A stretch of 63,196 nucleotides of DNA, filler included, from Octopus bimaculoides (lineage: Eukaryota): NCBI RefSeq assembly GCF_001194135.2. It is 4 parts of 4 records of this genome, joined end to end, with 100 filler letters (N's around TTAATTAATTAA, not from the genome) between each part and the next. Parts side by side here need not be neighbours in the genome. Positions count along the whole stretch, not along the records: positions 53,341 to 61,274 come from NC_068998.1; positions 61,375 to 63,196 come from NC_069003.1; 2 more parts are not named here. One strand, given 5' to 3'. Positions 53,710 through 63,196 of this stretch are shown in pieces. The position numbers were made by a program, and so were the translations under genes. The stretch's first letter is position 1. Every line of letters starts with the position of its first letter. The notes beneath the pieces were generated by a model. That model ran no database searches. It saw nothing but the letters and a program-made list of their open reading frames with translations, and had not been told where the DNA came from.

Positions 53710-53867
53710 GTGTGAGTGCGTGCGTGTGTATATGTGTGTTTGTGTGTGCGTTTGTATATGTGTGTGAATTTGTGTACGTGTATTTATAAATACACGTACA
53801 TAAACGCACACACACATATACAAACGGACACACAAACACACACATATACACACGCACGCACTCACAC
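53710..53867. repeat. Spacer-less inverted repeat (foldback), ~80-bp arms
   Basis: Perfect 28-bp palindrome TGTACGTGTATTTA|TAAATACACGTACA (53773-53800); arms remain complementary with few mismatches or indels out to 53710 and 53867. Confidence 0.85.
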
Positions 53868-56179
53868 ATATACATGTGATAGAAATTGCATGTTCACGTG
53901 AACAATAATCTGTGTATTAACAAGAATATTTCAATCGTTGGCGTGGAAGCTCAGTCGGCATTTGAGCGAGTTATTAATTAAATAACTCTTGAAATTACGT
54001 CCTAATATTTATCTATCTTAAGCCATTCGCCCATTTCTTTCTCCAAAAATCTCGACTTCTGCCTCACGGATAAATTTTCATGCATTTCACAGAAGCAGAT
54101 ACTGTGGAAATGTCAAATTCCTTTGAAATCAAAAACCAAACCTATTTATAATTAGAGAAATAATCGTATGCAAATCACTTTCGTTTTATTGGCAATGTAA
54201 TCGCCCAACAAACAATGAATATAATATGTGTGTGTATGTATTTGGTTCAAGCCATGTTTGTTGGCTTACTGCTGTTTTTCCATCTGAAATCAATGTTTAT
54301 TATGAGAATAATGTTTAATATCATTTATATTAGACACTTTAGATGTGAATTTATTAATATATGCACACACACACACATTTATACACTGCATTATGGTTAT
54401 ATATTGTAGTGAAAACATTATCTCTTAGAAATGAATGAAAAGCTATTTTTCACCATTAAATGAATATTGGTTGGGAAGAGATAGCACCATATCTTTGGTC
54501 GATGTTGACTCAAATATATTGCTATAATGAAGAGAGAAAAATAAAAGCCACTCTAGTTATTTAATATCTTTTTATGTCATTTTATTTCTTTTCGTCTTTT
54601 TTCTCCTAAATTCTAATAATCAGTCGACATATTCAATGCATATCGACCTATTGATGAATAGAAATTGTTCTGGTGAAAATATTACAATAATTGCTTTTTG
54701 TCTTGGCACGACGACTAACATACAGTCGATTAAAAGACCACAGGTAAATTACTGGTATTTCTCTTTATCCATTGGTCAATAGTATTTGTTTGGCAGAAAT
54801 AGAAATAATTGCTTTTTGACGGAGCAAAAGACTAATATTTCAGGAATATGGTTGATTAAATGGATACAATATATTACTAGTTGTTATTTTATCAACCAAG
54901 GCTTCATTGGCAACACTCGGAATCGGAAACGAAATACATCGAAGCAATGAAGCAAAAACTATAAAATCTTGTTGTCTGTCGCTTATCGTCTGTCAAGAAA
55001 CATATAAACGAAAGAAAACTTATAAACGGACTATTAGGAGAAAGAAGAGAGAAAGTATATTGAATATTAATTGCTATGTTGAAATATCCTTTCTATAAAA
55101 AGCATGCATTGATACTTAAGTAGATTTGTTAACTATTATGGAGAAACAATCGTGTTTGGTCCATATGTATGCATTTAACTAAACTTTATCTTCCAGCTAA
55201 AATGCGATGAATTTCCATACAATAAAAATTATATATCTACGCTCGTAAACTCTCGAATGATTTTCCATGAAAAGAGAATTCACACGTTACACACTTCGAA
55301 ATATCGCCTCCTAATTAGTAGGCTTAATGCAATTATACAATGTATGATATTCAGTTTAACAAATCTATAATTTTCGTTCGTATTTGATAAACAGTGAACT
55401 TGTCAGGTCAGAAGGAAACGTCGGTAAACATATTGGCAGTGAATGCTTCAGACGATAAATACTCTTGAAAATAGTTGAAATCACCGTTTTACTATGAAAT
55501 GAATAGAAATATTGAATTTAGAAAACAAGATATACCACGTATATGGATATCAAAGTTTGTTCTTATATAGGGGTGCGGGCTACTGGATGGTAGGAAAAGG
55601 ATACGGAGGGCCCTTGATGTAAACATTATTTTCTAGACCTTTATCAAAATAGGAGATGCTCAGGCAATTGGAAATAGAAACGAGGGAAAAAATGTCTCCA
55701 ACCGCCCTGAAAGAGTTGATTTATTATTAGATGCATTATAGCCAAAAGAATCCACTTTTTCATTTCTTTTTTTTTTTTTGTAATTTCAGCTCAGAGCTGC
55801 AGCCATGCTGGAGTACCGCACTTTTGTCGCCATCCTGTTAATGTGCACTTGGAAAGAGGTATCATCACTCATGTCGATACCCATGTTTACCACTGATTTA
55901 GGCTCTGGGATTGTAATCCACTGTGGACTAGTGTGCCCTGTAAGTTTATATTCAGTTTTTGACGCTGGTAGCGCAGGGCTTGATATATAGCGAAGATTAC
56001 ATTAACTTGTGTCTGCATTTCATTTTTGCTAGTATTCACTTTATTTGATGTACACCTGGTTGCTTCTTTTAGTAGATCAACGAATCATGCGAGCACATTC
56101 CTGTTACTATGTTTGACAGCGAGTAGTTTATGGTGTTGCTGGGCAAATCAAGTACGTTTGTGGACCATTGTATACATAC

Positions 56180-56306
56180 TTTTCTTCAACAAACTCTGTA
56201 ATTATGGGAGTTTTGTTGAAGGATACGAGATGGAAAACGAACTGACGGACTTCTAGTTTGTAGTCCGAGACTTGATTGAATACGCCATTTGCAGGACCAC
56301 TATAAC
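56180..56306 (-). CDS. Candidate internal coding exon of an unidentified gene
   Basis: Minus strand TTTCTCTTGCTTAG|G acceptor, 127 nt open frame (xYSGPANGVFNQVSDYKLEVRQFVFHLVSFNKTPIITEFVEE-K/N), AA|GTATGT donor, in non-repetitive sequence. No homology recognised. Confidence 0.3.
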
Positions 56307-56740
56307 CTAAGCAAGAGAAATTACGATTTAACACGATATCTTTTACAAATTATGAATGTTAAAAATGTATCTAGTTCAAACCCTTTCTCCTCACCCCATT
56401 ACTCTCCCCCGCTGTCTTTCGCAAACTCTAGGTTTTCCTTTTCTATCTTTCTTCCTGCTTTCGTTCCTTTCACATAATTATCTTTTCTTTCCATTCCATT
56501 TGGCCTACCTTCCATTTTAGTGTGAAGTCAATATTTATAAACTATCAATATCGTAACAGTTGAAAGACATTCCTCCCCAACCACACATCACACAGATATT
56601 CAAATTTGAAAGAACTCAGCCGCGTTCCTTTCAATCATTTCCTCATCAATTATTTTGGAACAAAAATCTATTGTATAAAATTTAAACTTGTACATTTATT
56701 TACGGAAATATTTGACACTTATATGAAAAGAATTATTGAT

Positions 56741-56773
<33 letters not shown>

Positions 56774-56783
56774 NNNNNNNNNN

Positions 56784-56935
56784 TATATCTGTGTGTGTGT
56801 GTGTGTCTATATATATCTGTGTGTGTGTGTGTGTCTATATATATCTATGTGTGTGTGTGTGTGTCTATATATATCTATGTGTGTGTGTGTGTGTCTATAT
56901 ATATCTATGTGTGTGTGTGTGTCTATATATATCTA
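56784..56935. repeat. Compound minisatellite, ~28-30 bp unit (TATATATATCTA(TG)nTC) x ~6
   Basis: The unit is visibly repeated immediately after a 10-N gap. Confidence 0.85.
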
Positions 56936-57052
56936 TGTGTGCGTGTGTGTGTATTTATATATACATACACAAACATGTATATATATTATATATGTATGTG
57001 AATATATATAACCATATGTACATGTACTTGTATATAAATGAATAAGTAAATT

Positions 57053-57083
<31 letters not shown>

Positions 57084-57099
57084 AATCATACATACACGC

Positions 57100-57161
<62 letters not shown>

Positions 57162-57519
57162 ATATACATACATAACATATGTACATATGATTTCCCGATC
57201 AATATATGTTAATATATCACTAAAATGTGTATCATCGAAAATAAAATAGAATAAACAAAACGAGCCTAAACAAACAAAGTCGATGAAACAAACATATTCC
57301 TGCAAGACAGCTGCAGCAATCAGCTATTCCCCAAAATACAATAATCTCAGAAAAAGATTTACAGAAGAAAAAAGAAATCTAATGCCTGAGAAACAATTAT
57401 AAAATCCCATGTGAGACACTTGTTACATCAGTTCGGATATTAAATTTTAATCTTGTCCACATGTGTGTGAGTACATATATATGAATATGCGTATATCTAT
57501 CTATCTATCTATTTATCTA

Positions 57520-57566
<47 letters not shown>

Positions 57567-57983
57567 ATGCTCACATACGCATATACACCTTTTTAATAAA
57601 TATGCAGGTTTGGCGCTTACACTGCAGATTACATCTGGCCATCAGCAGGAGACACTTCATTGACCTTACTCGTATCTACAACTCGCTCATCTTAACCAGA
57701 GAAAGATTCCCCGTTTTTTCCGTATTTCTTTTTTTTTTTATTTAATTTATTTCATCCAGTGTGCTTACAAGTGTATTTTCTATAAACAGAAAGAAGTTCA
57801 ATCTCACATTACGGGCTTGCCTCGAAATGGCTGTACACTGGACTGAATTGAAATTAATAATCATTCCGTCTGCTTTCTCGACTCAAGCATTGTGTTGTAG
57901 TTATGTCCTGGTGAAAATTTATTGACCGATACCTACTAAATTTTTTCTTTTTCTATTCTCTTTTTGTTTATTTTCTCGTGTTC

Positions 57984-58019
57984 CTTTCTGTTGAAGAGCG
58001 TAGGATCGAAACGTAAAAG
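57984..58019 (+). ncRNA. Penelope-type minimal type I hammerhead ribozyme-like motif 1
   Basis: CTTT-CTGTTGA-A-GAGC GTAG GATC-GAAAC-GTA-AAAG: 4-bp helix I (CUUU/AAAG), palindromic AC/GU helix III and GUA triplet; core A6 replaced by U and one helix II mismatch. Confidence 0.55.
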
Positions 58020-58104
58020 ACTTTCTCAGCTTTTCGAGCGTTAAACTAATGCACTTGTTTCTTGTTAACACACCTGTCTTCGTCTTTTGCTTTTTTGTAA
58101 ATTC

Positions 58105-58141
<37 letters not shown>

Positions 58142-58197
58142 TAGATAGATAGATAGATAGATAGAATGACTTTTCCCTTCTCACTTCTCTCATGCTA

Positions 58198-58235
58198 TTG
58201 TTTTGATGAAGGACGAAAGTCCGAAATATTGCAAC
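58198..58235 (+). ncRNA. Penelope-type minimal type I hammerhead ribozyme-like motif 2
   Basis: TTGATGA-A-GGAC GAAA GTCC-GAAAT-ATT-GCAAC: perfect 4-bp helix II with GAAA tetraloop and palindromic AU/AU helix III; C3 replaced by U; helix I (UUGU/GCAA) needs a 1-nt bulge. Confidence 0.55.
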
Positions 58236-59170
58236 TCTTTATTAAAATTTCAGGCCTTGTGCATATAGAAGAAAGGATATATCTAAGTCAGATAGACATA
58301 CGTTTTCCTCAACATGGAAGTGAAAGAAAATGAGAATAACACCCTGTTCATATTTATGAAAAGTTGAAACTGGGGCAATAAGTAGAAATAACATTTACGC
58401 ACACGCCTGAACACACATACATAAACGCAAACGTACACACACACACACACACATACACACAGGTAAACACACGCATGCACACATACACACACAAGCACTT
58501 AATTTCAAATGTAGATTTATTGTCATTACAGTTCAGGACTTTATTTAACGGAAAGATAAATTTAGAAAGAGTTAATAACTGGTGTAGTTTATGTTAGCAA
58601 TAAATTATGAATGATTATTATATGTAAACTGTGTGGGCCTTATATTTGTGATGTTAAACAAGTTGAAATAATGTTAAGAGTGAATAATAGATTAAATGGG
58701 GAGATGCATCCAATTGACGAAATTTTGCAAATTATTTTAAAGTTATTGTAAAGCAGCGAAGCGCTTTACGATAAATCAAATTAAAAGCTTCAAGCCATAG
58801 TAAAGAAAATAACAAAGGAGTAGTAAGGCTGGACGGTGAGGATTAAATGGCTGATATATAATGAGAGGCAATAAAATACATTATGTCATTTAAACTAATA
58901 AAATTATAGTTGAGATTTCAATATAATGATATGATAATAGTCGACAAGAATATTGTGTGAATAATAATAATATAATAATAATAATAATATGAACATTTAA
59001 TGTGGTTTGAGAGTCAAGTTTTGGTTGCCATATGTAACAGGGTGGTATCTTTTTGATACCCTTCATTATGATTTTAATAATAATTATTACCTATGAGGTT
59101 TTTTATTCCTATGCTAGCCACTTGATATGATCGGTATTTTAAATAACGATCTTGTCCCTTACTTATATAG

Positions 59171-59201
<31 letters not shown>

Positions 59202-59904
59202 ATGGCATAAAACAAAACGGGATAAATTCATAAACACTTGCTCAAGGTGATGTGCTGAGCGACTAAACACGAAACCACATGGTTACAAATCGGGCTTCTT
59301 AACAAAATATCCCTGCCTGTTTGATGATAAAAATTCATTATTATTTGTAAACCACAGTATGCTTTTGATAAATTACAATCATTACGAAATCTCATGTTCG
59401 TTTCGAAACATTCTGTATATAAGGGTTCGATATAGTAAAGTGAGTATTGAATTATATCTTTTGTTATGTCTCTGCAGTCATTTTATTAACAGTAGATGAT
59501 AGACTTCGTTTGGGAATTCTCGGATCTCGCCACTATCATTATAATATGTTAACAATACAATCAATTCCAAAAATTATATCGAGAATTTTCATTCCAACAA
59601 AATATTGATTTTATTCGCTTATTTACTATTTCCCGTTGTAATACATTCTAATTAAGATGTACAGTGGTATAGTTCGTTGTGATATAACCAAATCGTGATT
59701 TATGTTTTACAGTAAATTAGACATATCTTTTTATATGTTGTATGTTATATCCGCCTGTTGGATAGTAATGGATATCACTTGAATTTTTATTATTTATATC
59801 CGAGGCGTCAGTAAAGTGCATTTATTCCTTTTAGGCCATTCAAGACTGTGGAATATAGCTTCGTGGTTGAGACTGAAGCAATCAATAAACAGTTTAACTA
59901 GGGT

Positions 59905-60060
59905 CGGTGAGCTGGCAGAAGAGTTAGCACTCCTGAGAAAATGCTTAACGGTATTTCGTCTGAGTTAAAATTCCGGCGAGGTCGACTTTGTTTTTCCTTC
60001 TTTCGTGGTCAACAAAATAAATAGCTGTTAAGCACTGCGGTGGATGATATCGACTGCGGC
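59905..60060 (+). mobile_element. SINE family C, decayed
   Basis: GGTGAGCTGGCAGAAGAGTTAGCAC...AAATGCTTAACGGTATTTCGTCTGAG...TTCCGGCGAGGTCGACTTTG. Confidence 0.7.
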
Positions 60061-61211
60061 CATGCTTGAGCACTTACCACACAGCCACACCTATATACAT
60101 ATCAGTGAATAGATAGAGAGTAAGTGGGAAAAGAAGAGAGATAAAGGGAGTTTGTGTGTACTAGTGAGTTCAGGATAAATTGGTTTTGGTACAATAAGAA
60201 TTTAGTATAATATGAATTTTGAGTATAATAATTAGTAAAAGCTATGAAATACCAATGAAAAGGTACTATTTAGGTCATGATCTAAATAGATATAGCATGC
60301 ATTTTTAGGTGGATAAACAGGTGAGAGAGAAAGAGAGAGATGGGGAGAGGGAGAGGAAAAAATCCGACCTGAACCGTACATATATTTAGTCCGAGAGACA
60401 GAGAGAGGAGCAGAGTGAGCAGAGATTGCTGAAGTCACATGTAGGACAGGACCACGGTCGATGGACCTGTTGAAACAGGAGAGGAAATTCGTTGTGCCAT
60501 ATACTGGTTGATCATTGTTTGTCCATTGAACAGGCTTCCGAATTGATTAAATATTAAGTTTCAATGTAAAGTCTAGTGTCAAGGTTAGCTTCTACAGAAA
60601 AAGGTAAATGTTGAAAAAAACAGAAAGAGACGTCCAGGCGAAATAAATCAAATAAATTCGAAATTCAATGGGAATGAAGGAAACACAAACCACATCCGTA
60701 GTGGAGGACTAACTAGAAACATCAACATTACAGCAACGACGGCAACAACAACAACAATAACAGCAGCAGAAGCAGCAGTGACGAATTAAATTGCAAAATG
60801 ATGTATATAACATTCTTCTCATTTTAACTTTCCTCATACACGAAGCAAGATAGAGCAAGGCAACACATTATTTCTGTATACCTTGTCTATGACATACTTA
60901 ACAATTGAATGTAACTAAGCAACGGTTATCGGCAAAACTGTGGCATAGCATTCATTATCTGATGTGTACTTTAGGAAAATAATGATTTCTTAATTAAGCT
61001 CCACTTCAACTGTTGTCAAATGCATCACCTCCACACACTTAAACAGTGTATGTGAGATGCATTCATTTGCATGTTTTATATACATACAACACATACACGC
61101 ACATATGTTGGTATTTGCGTATTATATATATGTGTGTGTGTGTGTGTGTACACATAATACATATATAGCTCATGGTAAGGTTACTGTCTTTTACGACTTG
61201 CTTCCACCTCG

Positions 61212-61274
<63 letters not shown>

Positions 61275-61374
61275 NNNNNNNNNNNNNNNNNNNNNNNNNN
61301 NNNNNNNNNNNNNNNNNNTTAATTAATTAANNNNNNNNNNNNNNNNNNNNNNNNNNNNNNNNNNNNNNNNNNNN
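61275..61374. other. Synthetic scaffold spacer (44 N + TTAATTAATTAA + 44 N)
   Basis: Same 100-bp structure as at 25454. Confidence 0.95.
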
Positions 61375-62167
61375 AAATGAAAATTTCTTCCTCGTGTTTG
61401 TTTCAGTTATGCTTTCGTTTTGACATTCTGCTTTTACGAATTTTCCTTATTTTTTGTTCAAAATTATATTTTAAACATTTGAGATAATGATTGTTTCTTA
61501 TAAAAAAACAAAAAATCAAAATTTCAATTTTGTTTGGATCCATTCCACGCTTTCTGTTAATTTTTTTTTGGATCTGTTCCATCTCATGCGCAAATTTTTT
61601 AATTATTTTTTTTTTAGCTAAACACTCTGTGCATAAAGATTGAATAGATCCATAAAATGTTTACAAGTTCAATTATTTGCCAAAGTTTCATTTCGAAATA
61701 TTAAAATTCTAATGTCCGATGTTAAAAATAAAAAAATGTCCATGGCGGTGCCCCAGCATGGCCGCAGCCTTAGGACCGAAACATGCAAAAGAATTTTTTA
61801 AAAAAAGTTTAAAAAACCCCTAAACGTTACGAAATTTCAAGGTTTTTCATACTTTTTGAAAAACATTGATATTTAGAATGTCTTTTTAAGTCATGATCGA
61901 TGCTTAAAAAACTTCTCAGAAATTATTGAAGACGAGGATGGAGGGCATTTTTGGAGGTTGATATTTGCAGTGCATTGCAGAATTACGTTTATTTGTTGTT
62001 TTCTTTCATTGAATATTTACAGAATCGTAATCTACGATGTTTAAAGTATATACGTCGAAAACAATTGCGTACTTTTCTGTTGTTATTTTAAGCGTATTGA
62101 TAATTTCCGACGCCATTCTATAGGATTATAGAGAACTAGGCTGACTAGATTTGACAATCTGTTTGGT

Positions 62168-62296
62168 GGCGAAGGTAAAGACTACGCACACCCGGCGGTT
62201 AGGGTTAGGGTTAGCGGTTAGTTTTAGTGTTAATTTCAGGGTTAGGGGTTTTTGTTACGACGAAAACCGGTGGTGTACCTATTCTTTACCTCCGCC
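62168..62296. mobile_element. 129-bp MITE with terminal inverted repeats, 8-9 bp TSD and internal TTAGGG-like repeats
   Basis: TIRs GGCGAAGGTAAAGA (62168-62181) and TCTTTACCTCCGCC (62283-62296), 13/14 match; flanks CTGTTTGGT (62159-62167) and TTGTTTGGT (62297-62305); interior GGTTAGGGTTAGGGTTAGCGGTTAG...GGGTTAGGGG. Confidence 0.8.
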
Positions 62297-63196
62297 TTGT
62301 TTGGTTTAATAAACGAAAGCAACCTTTAAAAACCTTCATTTTTAGAAGGCAAGAAGTTTGTGAAGAGAAGTTTAGAATGAATCTGATGAGGTAAGTGTAA
62401 TTCCATACAATATAGCAGCATGTGTGAATAATAATCTAATGATTTTGGGTTCTCACCATTCTCATGCAGGGCAAAATAAAAAAAGATATTATTACCACTA
62501 TAATTACTATTTTATTGGTAACTGGTCAAAAAAATGCTACATATTTTGATACCGCCCTGCTTGAGACCACCCTTGGTCCTTTGATACAAACTTTCTGTTT
62601 TAATTGATCTGAATATTTTATAAATGTTTTATAAATATATATTCTCTCCAACTATGGTCAAAATGTCAGTATTTTTGTTTTCTCACTTATAAAAACCGGA
62701 CAAAAGAATATACTGTTTGGCTAAGTGTATTTAAAGTTTGTTCTAGTTAGCCCTGATTCAGCGAACATATAATTAAACTCATACCGGCCGTGACCATCCA
62801 ATCTATAGATGCCTAAAACTATATTATTTAATGTCTTCCCTTCAAAAAAAAAAAAAAAAAGTTTGGCAGTGTGAGTCGAAGCAGATTTGGCTGCCATTTC
62901 TAGCATATCGAATGACCTCATAGGGTCTCTGTTTTGACGCGTTTTATTTCACTTTTATTGGCTTATATGAAATAAATGGCTCTGTCATTTGTTTTGTTCG
63001 CTCTTTTGAACAAAGTTCCCTCCAATTTTTTGCTCTGGGTGTGCGCAGAAATTTAATTGTGTGCAAAAATTTGTCTCGGCGAAGTACGGCCGCATCCATG
63101 CGACAGACCATCCATTGTTAAGTTGCTGCGCGGACCACTGAAACGGATGCACGCAATTGTTAAGTGTCTGCGTGTTATTTAAGATTTTGTTATGAA

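Noticed and set aside
58302-58369. 68-nt minus-strand segment with a good acceptor and GTATGT donor
   Set aside because: Its open frames end in phase 0 or 2 and cannot join the phase-1 start at 56306; no homology recognised.
62195-62250. Telomere or chromosome-fusion scar
   Set aside because: Only a few degenerate TTAGGG units, enclosed by TIRs and a TSD, so better explained as MITE interior.

Overview
AT-rich animal genomic DNA from a draft assembly. The SINE/LINE repertoire and dense (TA)n/(CA)n/(TATC)n/(CATA)n/(TAA)n microsatellites point to an octopus or other coleoid cephalopod; this is inferred from my recognition of repeat families, not a database hit. There are many N gaps and three synthetic 100-bp scaffold spacers (44 N + TTAATTAATTAA + 44 N). 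I find no confidently identifiable intact protein-coding gene, tRNA, rRNA or CRISPR array, and almost all ORFs in the track are microsatellite or N artefacts. The window is a transposon graveyard: at least four tRNA-headed SINE families with interchangeable tails; RTE, CR1-like, L1/Tx1-like and restriction-like-endonuclease (R4/Dong-type) LINE fragments; decayed Tc1, maT/DD37D, Tigger/pogo and hAT transposases; probable Penelope-like remnants; and a 129-bp MITE with TTAGGG repeats. Most worth following up: three Penelope-type minimal hammerhead ribozyme-like motifs (two only 215 bp apart), a tail-to-tail inverted SINE pair, a CpG-depleted left part versus CpG-retaining right part meeting near a scaffold join, a ~160-bp foldback, and a weakly supported set of phase-compatible minus-strand exon candidates. 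I found no strong evidence for a wholly new biological system.
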